Shown piece after piece: positions 55,408 to 64,000 of a stretch of DNA of 64,000 bases; position 1 is the stretch's first letter; each line of letters opens with the position of its first letter. The notes under the pieces are model-generated. The model worked only from the letters and a program-made list of their open reading frames with translations, did no database searches and was not told where the DNA came from. Source of the stretch: an uncultured Actinomycetes bacterium (lineage in GTDB: Bacteria; Actinomycetota; UBA4738; HRBIN12); the NCBI GenBank assembly GCA_963826185.1, contig CAWGVY010000002.1, forward strand, positions 18,705 to 82,704. The letters run 5' to 3'. Made by a program: the position numbers and the translations under genes.

Positions 55408-57128
55408 GGCGCCACCGCGGCCACGCGACGCGCCGGATCCACCGGCCGGAAATAGGCGATGTCCAGGATCGAACCGGACCGCTCCTCGATCGGTCGCCAC
55501 ACGGCCTCGACCTCCAGCCCGATCACGACGTCGCGCGGAGCGACCTCGTCGAGCATGTGGAGGAACCCTCCCTCGCTGGCACCGCGCAACCGGATCACCG
55601 CCGGGACCTCCGGGGGATCGAGCCGTTCCATGTCCCAGCGCACGTGGCAGATCGAGAAGGTCTCCACGATGCCGATGTCCTCGACCGTGTCCCAGGTGTC
55701 GGTGGGGCGGAAGCATCGTTCGCAGAAGGTGCGGGGCGGGACCAGCGTCCGCTTGCACTGCGCACAGACGGTGGCCACGATCCGGCCCTCGCGGAGTCCC
55801 TCCAGGAACGCTCCCATCGCCTGCCCCGCGTCCCAGTCGTACGCGGCGTCCAGCCGGTCCTCGACCGCGCCGGTCGCGCTTCGGAAGGCGGCGTCTGACA
55901 GGGGCGTGGCCCGCGGAGCGAGCGGTGGGGTCGCCATCTCCGTCGCCACCGTCGCGGGCCCGCCACCGGTTCCCATGACGACGACGGTCCCCACCTGCAT
56001 CAGATCGCCCCACGCCTGCGCCACCCCGCGCTCAGGTGTCCCCGGGACCTGGCGCGCTCCCGCCTCCCCTCGGAGCTGCCAGTAGAGCTCGGCGATCTTC
56101 ATCAGGCCGGCGGCGGCTATGGGGTTCCCGACGCCCAGCAGTCCGCCACTGGGGCATACGGGCAGGTCGCCGTCGCGCTGGGTGATGCCGGCGGCGACGG
56201 CTTCTGGCGCCTTCCCTCTGTCGAACAGCTGCAGGCCCTCCAGGTGGTGCAGCTCCTTGTAGTCGAAGGGGTCGTACGGCTCGGCGACGTGGATCTGTTT
56301 CCTCGGTTCCGTGACCCCCGCCATGTCGTAGGCCATGCGCGCCGCGTTCTCCACGTACTGCGGATACACCAGGTCGCGGTTCGTCCAGTAGGTGGTGTCC
56401 AGGTTCCATCCGACCCCCTGGATCCACACCGGGGCGTCCGTGAGGCTGCCGGCCACCTCCTCCGACGCCAGCACCAGGGCCACGGCGCCGTCGCTGATGG
56501 GGGAGACGTCCAGGCGTTGCACCGGCCACGCGAGGGTCTCCGAGGCCAGCACGTCGTCGACGGTGATCCGCTCGTCTCCCAGCAGGGCGGCGGGGTGGTC
56601 GGCCGCGTTCCGCTTGTTCTTCACCGCGACGGCGGCGATGTCCCGCTTGTCCAGTCCGTAAGCCTGCATGTAGCGGTTCATCTCCAGGGCGAAGATCCAC
56701 AGCAGGTTCGGCCCCAGCGGGCGTTCGATGATGTTGTCGAAGATCGTGAGGAAGGCGCCCTGCGGATGGGGCTGGCAGCTGGACATCTTCTCCTCGGCCA
56801 CCACCAACACGACGTCGGCGACCCCCGAGGCCACCGTGTACCACCCTTGGATCGGCGCGAACACGCCGGTGCCGCCACCCACGTAGGTGCGGATGAACGG
56901 CTTGTTCAGGGCTCCGCAGCCGTCGGACAGGTACTCGCCCTTGCGGTGGACCCCATCGAACGCGTCGGGCGCGGTGCCGCAGCACACGGCGTCGACACGC
57001 GCCAGATCGATGCCGGCACCCTCCAGGGCCTGCTTCGCTGCGATCCAGCTCAACTCCTTACCGGTCTCTTGGGCTCGGCGCACGAACCGGGTCATGCCGG
57101 CTCCCACGACCGCGACGCGGCGACCCAT
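55404..57128 (-). CDS. SCP-x-type thiolase-like protein fused to a C-terminal DUF35 Zn-ribbon/OB-fold domain
   Basis: ATG 57128 within ORF 55404..57236(-): MGRRVAVVGAGMTRF...VVAEEKMS...SGGLLGVGNPIAAAG..., then with no stop ...GTGGGPATVATE-MATPPLAPR...CAQCKRTLVPPRTFCERCF... Confidence 0.75.
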   Translation of the reverse strand: MGRRVAVVGAGMTRFVRRAQETGKELSWIAAKQALEGAGIDLARVDAVCCGTAPDAFDGVHRKGEYLSDGCGALNKPFIRTYVGGGTGVFAPIQGWYTVASGVADVVLVVAEEKMSSCQPHPQGAFLTIFDNIIERPLGPNLLWIFALEMNRYMQAYGLDKRDIAAVAVKNKRNAADHPAALLGDERITVDDVLASETLAWPVQRLDVSPISDGAVALVLASEEVAGSLTDAPVWIQGVGWNLDTTYWTNRDLVYPQYVENAARMAYDMAGVTEPRKQIHVAEPYDPFDYKELHHLEGLQLFDRGKAPEAVAAGITQRDGDLPVCPSGGLLGVGNPIAAAGLMKIAELYWQLRGEAGARQVPGTPERGVAQAWGDLMQVGTVVVMGTGGGPATVATEMATPPLAPRATPLSDAAFRSATGAVEDRLDAAYDWDAGQAMGAFLEGLREGRIVATVCAQCKRTLVPPRTFCERCFRPTDTWDTVEDIGIVETFSICHVRWDMERLDPPEVPAVIRLRGASEGGFLHMLDEVAPRDVVIGLEVEAVWRPIEERSGSILDIAYFRPVDPARRVAAVAP

Positions 57129-58192
57129 CAGCCCTGCCCCCGGAAGATGGCCACGCATGAGCCGGTGCTGGGGACGTCGCGGGTCACGCACGCGAGGGCG
57201 ACGTCGGCGTCGCCGGAGCGGATGCGCTCGACGCACGACAGCGTTCGCGCCAGCCCGTGGGCCTCATGGAGATATCCCTCGCCCAGCGCGCCGCCGGATG
57301 GGTTGACGCGTTCGCTCGGGAGCTCGGCTGCGTCGCAGACACGGACGGCGGCCAGCTGACGATGGGCGTAACGGTCGTCCACCTCGACGACGTCCAGATC
57401 CCCGGGCACCACGGATGCGCGTGTCCATGCCGAAGCGGCCGCGAGCTCCAGGGAGGCAGAGCACCAGCCCCACCGCCGGCTCTCGATCGAGGGGGCGTCC
57501 TGCCGCCAGTCGATCGCATCCAGGACCACGCCGCGTTCACCGGCACGTTCGTCGTCGGCCAGCACGAGGACGATGCAGCCGTCGGCGCTGGGAGCCACCT
57601 GGTCCGCCGTGAGCGGATCGAACAGCGGCGTGCGATCCGCGGGGCGATCGGCGAACGAGGCCCGGGGGTTGTCGCGCGCATTGATGCGGTTGTCCGCGGC
57701 CAACTCGCTGCACGTGTCCGCCGTCAGGCCGAGCTCGTGGAGGCACCGGCGCATCTCCAGTCCCGCCACCGCCATCGCCGCGACGCCCAAAGGACGGTTG
57801 AGCACCGGGTCGAGCGCGAACCGGTCGATCCGACCCTGGGACACGACGTCGCTGGCTTTCGAGTGAGCCTCGACAGCCACCACGGAGGCGATGCCGCTGC
57901 GGATCAGCATCGCGCCAGTCGCGAGGCCGAAGAGTCCATCGCCGGCGACGGTCTGCACCGGCCTCTGGACCGCTCCCAGCTGATCGGGCACGTACTCGTC
58001 GAAGATCGAGGTGCCCTCATCGAAGTCTTCGGAGCAGCACACGAACGAATCGATCTGGGTTCGCGGATCGATCCGAGCATCCGCGTAGGCCATCCGTGCG
58101 GCCTCGAACATCAGCTCTTTGTAGGAGACGCCTTCGGTGGTGGGCGCGAACCCGGACCAGCCCGCCCCCACGATGCGTACCGGTGGTCCCAC
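57128..58192 (-). CDS. Second thiolase-like (SCP-x/Ltp-type) subunit
   Basis: GTG 58192 within ORF 57128..58318(-): VGPPVRIVGAGWSGFAP...VVAVEAHSKAS...NPSGGALGEGYLHEAHGL. The stop overlaps the next start (TGATG). Confidence 0.7.
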   Translation of the reverse strand: MGPPVRIVGAGWSGFAPTTEGVSYKELMFEAARMAYADARIDPRTQIDSFVCCSEDFDEGTSIFDEYVPDQLGAVQRPVQTVAGDGLFGLATGAMLIRSGIASVVAVEAHSKASDVVSQGRIDRFALDPVLNRPLGVAAMAVAGLEMRRCLHELGLTADTCSELAADNRINARDNPRASFADRPADRTPLFDPLTADQVAPSADGCIVLVLADDERAGERGVVLDAIDWRQDAPSIESRRWGWCSASLELAAASAWTRASVVPGDLDVVEVDDRYAHRQLAAVRVCDAAELPSERVNPSGGALGEGYLHEAHGLARTLSCVERIRSGDADVALACVTRDVPSTGSCVAIFRGQG

Positions 58193-58253
58193 GGGAGGGT
58201 TATACCGCGAACGGCGCGAACCCACGCGCGGGGCCCCGCGGTACGGTGGCGCC

Positions 58254-60224
58254 GTGAGCGATCTGGTGTGGACGCCCTCGGACGAGTACGTGGAGCGAGC
58301 CAACGTCACGCGGTTCATGCGAGCTCACGGCGTCGCCACCTACCCGGAGCTGGTGCAGCGATCGATCGCCGACATCTCGTGGTTCTGGGACGCCGTCGTC
58401 CGAGACCTGGGGATCGGATTCTCCACGCCGTACCGGCAGGTCGCGGACCTCTCGCGCGGCCCCGAATGGGCCACCTGGTTCGAGGGGGGCACGATCAACC
58501 TGACCGAACAGTGTGTCGACCGGTGGGCGGATCGCACCCCCGATGCCGAGGCCGTCATCTGGGAGGCGGAGGACGGCGAGGTTCGCCGGGCGAGCTACCG
58601 GGAGCTACGACGGATCACCGACCGGCTCGCTCGCGGACTGGTGCGGCTGGGCGTGGGCGCCGGCGACAGGGTCGGGATCTTCATGCCGATGGCGATCGAG
58701 ACCGTCGCCGCGGTGATGGCGTGTTCGAAGCTGGGCGCCGTCTGGGTGCCGATCTTCAGCGGCTTCGGTGCGGACGCGGTGGCGGCCCGTCTCCGGGACG
58801 CCGGGGCATCCTGGATGATCACCGCGAACGCCTTCCTGCGCAAAGGTTCCGTCGTTCCCATGGGAGCGATCGCCGCTCGGGCGGCGGCCGAGTCTGGGAC
58901 CGAGTGTCGTCTACTAGTCTGGAACAGACTACCTCGCGAGGGCGGGGTCACCGATCGGGCCGGTGACGTGGGTTGGGATGATCTGCTCGCGGGTCCGGCT
59001 GAACCCTTCCCGGCCCCGGCGCTTCCCAGCGAGCACCCGTTGTTCATCGGATACACGAGTGGGACGACCGGGCGACCGAAGGGCGCGCTGCACGTGCATG
59101 GTGGCTTCCTGGTGAAGGTCGCGCAGGAGGTCGCCTATCAGGTCGACGTCCGACCCGGCGACGTGCTGCACTGGGTGACGGACCTGGGCTGGATCATGGG
59201 TCCATGGGAGATCGTGGGGGCGTTGGCCCTGGGATCCACGGTCCTGCTGACGGAGGGGGCGCCCACCCACCCGGGTCCCGACCGCCTGTGGGCCACGGTC
59301 GAGCGCCACCGCGTGACCACCCTCGGCGTCTCGCCCACCTTGATCCGGGCGTTGATCCCGGCGGGTGACGAGCCCGTGCGATCCCACGACCTGTCCAGCC
59401 TCCGGATCCTCGCCTCCACCGGCGAGCCGTGGAACCCCGATCCGTACCGGTGGTTCTTCGAACGGGTGGGCGGCGGCCGGTGCCCCGTGATCAACCTTTC
59501 CGGCGGGACCGAGGTCGGGGCCTGCTTCCTGTCCCCCCTGCCCATCACCTCGCTGAAGTCCTGCACCCTCCGTGGCCCCTCCTTGGGGATGGACATGGCG
59601 GTGGTGGATCAGGACGGAGCTCCCGTGCTTCCCGGGGAGGTGGGCGAGCTGGTATGCCGGCAGCCCTGGCCGTCGATGACCCGCGGCGTCTGGGGCGATC
59701 CGGAACGGTATCTGGACACCTACTGGCGTCGGTTCCCGGGGATGTGGGTGCACGGCGACTGGGCCAGCGTCGATGACCAGGGCTACTGGTTCCTGCACGG
59801 CCGGAGCGACGACACGCTGAGCGTGGCGGGCAAGCGGATCGGCCCGGCCGAGGTCGAGTCCGCCCTGGCGTCGCATCCGGCGGTCGCCGAGTCGGCCGCG
59901 ATCGGGATCCCGCATCCGGTGAAGGGGGAGGCGATCTGGTGCGTCGTGGTCCCGATGCCACGGGCCGATGCCGACGAAACGCTCGCCGGGGAGCTCACAT
60001 CGGTGGTCGCCGATCAGCTGGGTCGGTCATTCGCCCCGTCGGGCGTGGTGTTCGTGAGCGCGTTGCCGAAGACGCGGAGTGCGAAGATCGTGCGCAGGGC
60101 GATCCGCGCCGCCGCTGTGGGCGACGATCCCGGCGATCTTTCATCGCTGGAGGACCCCGCCGTCCTCGACCCGATCCGAGACGCATTCGCGGGACAACGT
60201 GCGGGCAGCCGGTCGGATGACTAG
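58254..60224 (+). CDS. AMP-forming acyl-CoA synthetase (acetyl-/acetoacetyl-CoA synthetase-like)
   Basis: GTG 58254 within ORF 58137..60224: YTSGTTGRPKG, WVTDLGWIMG, STGEPWNP, GDWASVDDQGYWFLHGRSDD, LPKTRSAKIVRR. Confidence 0.9.
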   Translation: MSDLVWTPSDEYVERANVTRFMRAHGVATYPELVQRSIADISWFWDAVVRDLGIGFSTPYRQVADLSRGPEWATWFEGGTINLTEQCVDRWADRTPDAEAVIWEAEDGEVRRASYRELRRITDRLARGLVRLGVGAGDRVGIFMPMAIETVAAVMACSKLGAVWVPIFSGFGADAVAARLRDAGASWMITANAFLRKGSVVPMGAIAARAAAESGTECRLLVWNRLPREGGVTDRAGDVGWDDLLAGPAEPFPAPALPSEHPLFIGYTSGTTGRPKGALHVHGGFLVKVAQEVAYQVDVRPGDVLHWVTDLGWIMGPWEIVGALALGSTVLLTEGAPTHPGPDRLWATVERHRVTTLGVSPTLIRALIPAGDEPVRSHDLSSLRILASTGEPWNPDPYRWFFERVGGGRCPVINLSGGTEVGACFLSPLPITSLKSCTLRGPSLGMDMAVVDQDGAPVLPGEVGELVCRQPWPSMTRGVWGDPERYLDTYWRRFPGMWVHGDWASVDDQGYWFLHGRSDDTLSVAGKRIGPAEVESALASHPAVAESAAIGIPHPVKGEAIWCVVVPMPRADADETLAGELTSVVADQLGRSFAPSGVVFVSALPKTRSAKIVRRAIRAAAVGDDPGDLSSLEDPAVLDPIRDAFAGQRAGSRSDD

Positions 60225-60233
60225 GGTCAACGG

Positions 60234-60702
60234 GTGAGTCAACCCAGCCACAAGCAGGAGAACCGTGAGCTGCTCGAGCTCCTGAACGAGGTACGGGTGG
60301 TGGTGCCCGGTGTCCAGGTGCTGTTCGCGTTCCTGCTCACGATCCCGCTGTCCAGCGTGTACCAGCGGTTCTCGTCCTTCGAGAAGAACACCTACGTCTT
60401 CGCGTTCTTCGCGACCACGGCCGCGGCGATCCTCCTGATCGCGCCGTCGGCCTACCACCGGCTGCGGTGGCGCCAGGGCGACAAGGAGGCGCTGCTGATC
60501 ACCTCGAACCGCGTGACGGTGGTCCGGCCTGGTGCTCCTGGGCGTGGCGATGGTGGCCGTGGTGGCGCTGGTCGCCGAGCAGGTGTTCAGCGACACCGTC
60601 GCCACCGTCATGACCATCCTGGTGGCTGCCTTGATCCTGGTGATGTGGTTCGGGATCCCCCTGTCGAGGAAGTTCCGCGTGGGCGACGGATCGTCGTCCT
60701 AG
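60234..60702 (+). pseudogene. DUF6328-like membrane protein, one frameshift
   Basis: ORF 60234.. gives ...ELLNEVRVVVPGVQVLFAFLLTIPL...APSAYHRLRWRQGDKEALLITSNRVTVV. The hydrophobic C-terminus GLVLLGVAMVAVVALVAEQVF...VMWFGIPLSRKF is in the +1 frame (stop 60700-60702). There is an extra C at about 60524. Confidence 0.6.
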
Positions 60703-60714
60703 ACTGACGGGCCC

Positions 60715-61530
60715 ATGCGGGTCGCCCTGTGTCAGATGAACGCCGGTGATGACGTCGCCGCGAACCTGGACATCGCCGAGGGTCTCCTGGAGGAGGCCGC
60801 CGGAGAGCGGGCCGATCTGGCTGCCCTCCCGGAGTACCTGAGCTACCTGGGTCCGTCCGCGCGTCGACCCGAGCTGGCCGAGCCGATCCCGGGACCGACC
60901 TCGGATCGCTTGGCGGCGAAGGCTGGGGAGACCGGGATGTGGGTGCTGGCCGGTGGTCTGTTGGAGGCGGATGGCGAACGGGTGCACGACACCGCCGTCC
61001 TGTACGACCGGTCCGGCGAGCCGGTGGCTCGCTACCGCAAGATCCATCTGTACGACGTCGACCTGCCGGGCCAGCCCCCGTTCCGGGAGTCGGCCACGAT
61101 CACGCCGGGTGAGCAGCTCGTGACCCACCGGGTCGACGATTGTCGGGTGGGGCTGTCGGTCTGCTACGACCTGCGGTTCCCCGAGCTCTACCGGGGACTG
61201 ATGGCACAGGGCGCCGAGGTCCTCCTGGTTCCGGCGCAGTTCCAGTTCGCGACGGGCAAGGACCATTGGCACACGCTGCTGCGAGCACGCGCGATCGAGA
61301 ACCAGTGTTTCGTGGTGGCGCCGGGGCAATGGGGTCCCTACGGGGATCCGGAACGGGGCCGCCGATCGTACGGCCATAGCCTGGTGGTCGACCCCTGGGG
61401 GCGGGTGATCCTGGAAGCTCCCGAAGAGGGGACCGGCGTGTGGGTCACCGAGCTGGACCTGGCAGAGCTCCGTCGGATCCGGCAGACGTTCCCGGCGCTG
61501 CAGCACCGACGGCTGGGCACGTCCTGCTGA
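60715..61530 (+). CDS. Carbon-nitrogen hydrolase (nitrilase superfamily, omega-amidase/Nit-like)
   Basis: ORF 60715..61530(+): Glu (ALPEY), Lys (YRKIHLYD), Cys (VCYDLRFPE) catalytic triad contexts. Confidence 0.85.
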   Translation: MRVALCQMNAGDDVAANLDIAEGLLEEAAGERADLAALPEYLSYLGPSARRPELAEPIPGPTSDRLAAKAGETGMWVLAGGLLEADGERVHDTAVLYDRSGEPVARYRKIHLYDVDLPGQPPFRESATITPGEQLVTHRVDDCRVGLSVCYDLRFPELYRGLMAQGAEVLLVPAQFQFATGKDHWHTLLRARAIENQCFVVAPGQWGPYGDPERGRRSYGHSLVVDPWGRVILEAPEEGTGVWVTELDLAELRRIRQTFPALQHRRLGTSC

Positions 61531-61555
61531 CGCTCCAGGTGGGGGAACGACGCAT

Positions 61556-62125
61556 CTAGCCGGGGGGGAGGTCCGCGAGGGTGTCGATGTCCGGCGGCGC
61601 GTCCGAGTCGATCGGGACCTCCTCGACCCAATCAGGGTGCGACGCCATCAGCACCCGGGCGCCCACGTCGCCGTGGAGATGCCCCGCCTCCGCATAGATC
61701 TCTCGGGAGAGCAGCGCCGGACCGGGGCCGTCGTTGAACGCGGCTCGGACGATCTGCTTGCGGGTAGCCCGGAAGCGCTCGATCAGGGCGAGCACCACGG
61801 ACGGAGCGATCCCGGGTTGATCGGCCACCAGCACGACCGCGGCCTCGCTGTCGTCATCGACGTGATGGAGCGCGGCGGCCAGCGACGTGGCCTGCCCGTC
61901 CTTGAACGCAGGGTTGCGCACGAACATCCCGTTCGGGGGAAGGTGCACGGCGGCCTCGACCGCGTCCGCATCGTGGCCCGTCACCACCAGGATCTGGTCC
62001 ACCCCCGATGTCTCCAGGGTGTCGATGGCGTGCTGGGTCAGCGTCTTCCCTCCGACCACGGCGAGCTGCTTCGTGCCCCCGAACCGCGACCCGGTGCCCG
62101 CGGCCAGCACGATCCCGGAGATCAC
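61556..62125 (-). CDS. Molybdenum-cofactor cytidylyltransferase-like nucleotidyltransferase (MocA family)
   Basis: ORF 61556..62125(-): GIVLAAGTGSRFGGTKQL... NTP_transf_3 pattern. Adjacent to cox/xdh accessory genes. Confidence 0.75.
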   Translation of the reverse strand: MISGIVLAAGTGSRFGGTKQLAVVGGKTLTQHAIDTLETSGVDQILVVTGHDADAVEAAVHLPPNGMFVRNPAFKDGQATSLAAALHHVDDDSEAAVVLVADQPGIAPSVVLALIERFRATRKQIVRAAFNDGPGPALLSREIYAEAGHLHGDVGARVLMASHPDWVEEVPIDSDAPPDIDTLADLPPG

Positions 62126-62126
62126 G

Positions 62127-62774
62127 TCAGGACGTGGACCGTCCGCCGAAGAGCTTGCGGAAGAAGTTCGTGATCAGAGCCCAGATGGCCGCGATCCCCA
62201 GACCGATGCCACCCACCGGTTTCGCGGCGGCGGGGGACGCCGCGGGAGCGGCGGGCGCGCTCGACGTGTCCGGAGCCGCCGCCGGAACGGCGGCGGCCCC
62301 CTCGCCCGACACGGACGCCTGCTGCGCCGCCATGCCGGCCTGCAGGCAGTCGGCGAACTGCTGGGTCAGCTTCTTCGAGATCTGGGGGAGCAGGCCGCGC
62401 GAGAGTTGCGCGGCGGCTCCGGTGAGGGTGATGTCGGCCTGCATCTTCACGGTGCTCTCGTCGGGCGAGGATCCCGGTTCCAGCCAGGAGGTGACGGAGG
62501 CGTTCGCGGCGCCCTTACCTTTCTGCTCCATGCCCTTTGCCTTCAGGACCACGCGGTGGGCCTCGTCGTCGCGCTCGGTCATCTCGACCGTCCCCGCGAA
62601 CGACATGCTCACCGGGCCGAACTTGGCGTTGAGCTTGCCCTTCCAGTTGCGCTCGTCGACGACCTCGGTGAGCTCAGCCCCAGGCATGCAGGGCGCGATG
62701 CGCTCCACGTCCAGGAGGTAGTTCCACAGGAGGTCGGTCGGCGCCTTGACGGTGAACTCGTTGTCGATCTGCAT
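62127..62774 (-). CDS. CoxG-like SRPBCC protein with Ala/Pro linker and C-terminal hydrophobic anchor
   Basis: ORF 62127..62774(-): MQIDNEFTVKAP...LWNYLLDVERIAPCMPGAEL... (CoxG), then an A/P-rich linker and GGIGLGIAAIWALITNFF. Confidence 0.75.
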   Translation of the reverse strand: MQIDNEFTVKAPTDLLWNYLLDVERIAPCMPGAELTEVVDERNWKGKLNAKFGPVSMSFAGTVEMTERDDEAHRVVLKAKGMEQKGKGAANASVTSWLEPGSSPDESTVKMQADITLTGAAAQLSRGLLPQISKKLTQQFADCLQAGMAAQQASVSGEGAAAVPAAAPDTSSAPAAPAASPAAAKPVGGIGLGIAAIWALITNFFRKLFGGRSTS

Positions 62775-62835
62775 GGGGGAAGCCTACTTCCACCGGCGCT
62801 TCCAGCGCCTCGCGTGGAGCACGGAGCCGGAAGGA

Positions 62836-63810
62836 TCAACCGTCGTCCCGGCGGGCGGCCGGTGCATGCGGTGCCACACCGTAGCGGGCGGGGTCGGCTT
62901 CGAACGCCTCCAGACACCCCGCCGAACAGAAGTAGTACGTCTTCCCCTCGACCACCGTCCGGAAGCGGGCGTCGGCCACGTCCACCGTCATCCCGCACAC
63001 CGGATCCAGTTCCTCGTGTCGGGTCGAGGGGCTCGGCGAGCCACCCTCCAGCTCGCCGGCTCCTTTCATGCGGACGATCTCTCCGAGGATCGCCACGGCG
63101 ATCTCCTCGGTGGCGACGTGACCGAGATCGAGCCCCGCGGGCGCATGTACCCGAGCCAGGTCCTGGTCTGGCACGCCCCGATCCCGCAGGTACCCCAGCA
63201 CCGACTCCGCACGTTTCGCCGACGCCACCAGTCCCACGTAGGCCGCGGAGGTCTCCAGCGCACGCTGCAGCGCCTCCTCATCGAAATGCCCCTGCGTGGC
63301 CACGACGACGAACGCCCCGGGCTCCACCGACGACAGGTCGGCGTCGTCGATCACCGTGCTCCGCCAGCCGAGCGCCTCGGCGAGGGCGGCCAAGGTGGCC
63401 GCGGCGGGGGATCGGCCGATCGCGACCAGCTGCGGTTGCGGCAGGACGGGTTCCACGTAGACCTCCAATGCGCCTTCGCTCTGGCACGCGATCGGCACCG
63501 TGACCACGCCGGCGCGTTCGTGTCCCTCCAGTTCCTCCGGTGTTCCCATGAAGAGCAGAGTGGGGGTGCCGTGCTCTAAGGCCTTCAGCGCCTCGCGGAC
63601 GACCGTCGGCTCGGCGCAGGCGCCTCCGAGCCAGCCCCGCACCGAGCGATCGGGCGTGATGAGTGCTGTGGCGCCGGGCTTGCCGGACGACGGCGACCGG
63701 CTCCACACGACCGTGGCCAGCACGAACGGCTGCCCGTCGCGGGACAGCGCAGCCGCCAGTTCCAGGACGTCGGGCTTCAGGCGCCCTTCGCCTCCTGGAT
63801 CGCGCCCCAT
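62836..63810 (-). CDS. XdhC/CoxI-family Moco-insertion chaperone fused to a C-terminal YHS (TRASH-like) metal-binding domain
   Basis: ATG 63810 within ORF 62836..63996(-): ...FVLATVVWSRSPSSGKPGA...WLGGACAE...VAIGRSPAA...VVVATQGHFDEE..., then DPVCGMTVDVADARFRTVVEGKTYYFCSAGCLEAFEADP. Confidence 0.75.
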   Translation of the reverse strand: MGRDPGGEGRLKPDVLELAAALSRDGQPFVLATVVWSRSPSSGKPGATALITPDRSVRGWLGGACAEPTVVREALKALEHGTPTLLFMGTPEELEGHERAGVVTVPIACQSEGALEVYVEPVLPQPQLVAIGRSPAAATLAALAEALGWRSTVIDDADLSSVEPGAFVVVATQGHFDEEALQRALETSAAYVGLVASAKRAESVLGYLRDRGVPDQDLARVHAPAGLDLGHVATEEIAVAILGEIVRMKGAGELEGGSPSPSTRHEELDPVCGMTVDVADARFRTVVEGKTYYFCSAGCLEAFEADPARYGVAPHAPAARRDDG

Positions 63811-64000
63811 ACCTTCGCCGAGGTGAGCGGCATGTCGATGTTGGTCACGCCCAGCGGTCGAAGCGCGTCGATCACGGCGTTCACGTATGCCGCGGGGGAG
63901 CCCACGGTGGCCGACTCGCCCACCCCCTTCGCGCCGATCGGGTGGTGAGGCGACGGCGTGACGGTCTCGAACAGCTCGAACTTCGGGGTCTCCCACGCGG
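63777..64000 (-). CDS. Molybdopterin-dependent dehydrogenase large subunit (CoxL/XdhA-type), C-terminal fragment running off the right edge
   Basis: Reverse translation gives ...AWETPKFELFETVTPSPHHPIGAKGVGESATVGSPAAYVNAVIDALRPLGVTNIDMPLTSAKVWGAIQEAKGA, stop at 63777-63779. Typical C-terminus of aerobic CO/xanthine dehydrogenase large chains. Confidence 0.7.
   Translation of the reverse strand, partial: AWETPKFELFETVTPSPHHPIGAKGVGESATVGSPAAYVNAVIDALRPLGVTNIDMPLTSAKVWGAIQEAKGA

Noticed and set aside
1-64000. CRISPR arrays, IS elements/transposases, rRNA genes, prophage modules
   Set aside because: I found no regularly spaced repeats, no transposase or integrase-like ORFs, and no rRNA-like stretches on either strand. 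The only repeats seen are the short operator-like and palindromic motifs reported above.

Overview
High-G+C, densely coding chromosomal window. Its synteny looks Actinomycetota-like: FmdB/Ruc zinc-ribbon gene, galU, moeA(glp), moaC and a SepX/GlpR-like membrane gene. I support about 70 genes plus one tRNA-Ala(CGC). I saw no rRNA, CRISPR array, transposase or integrase. The main result is a glycine/sarcosine/betaine-reductase-type selenoprotein operon at 32.1-36.8 kb (GrdE-like, GrdB, GrdC, thioredoxin, GrdA). The ORF track splits grdB and grdA because each has an in-frame UGA exactly at the conserved selenocysteine position. Each UGA is followed by a hairpin that could be a SECIS element. The operon has no grdD or trxB in this window. 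It sits inside a roughly 23 kb block of amine/amino-acid-type catabolic and uptake genes: a FAD oxidoreductase, two DUF839/PhoX-like proteins, two class-III aminotransferases, an SMP-30 lactonase, an enolase-superfamily enzyme, an SDR, a PotABCD-type transporter and a beta-hydroxyacid dehydrogenase. Four operon heads in this block carry a shared ACTGTYGAC / GTCAAC-type repeat next to a FadR-type GntR regulator gene. I interpret this as a candidate regulon. A second main observation is at least 24 frameshifts, strongly clustered in a few genes (delta-60-repeat protein, grdE/B/C, potD/potC-like, and single hits elsewhere). Several fall in short homopolymer runs, so either local assembly error or operon-level decay must be resolved before any functional claim. 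Other notable items are a bacterial Translin/TRAX-like gene, a thiolase/DUF35/acyl-CoA dehydrogenase cluster with a thiolase-DUF35 fusion, and a cox/xdh-type accessory cluster with an XdhC-YHS fusion. There is also a GNAT remnant and two small unannotated ORFs. All family assignments come from reading motifs by eye; no database search was run.
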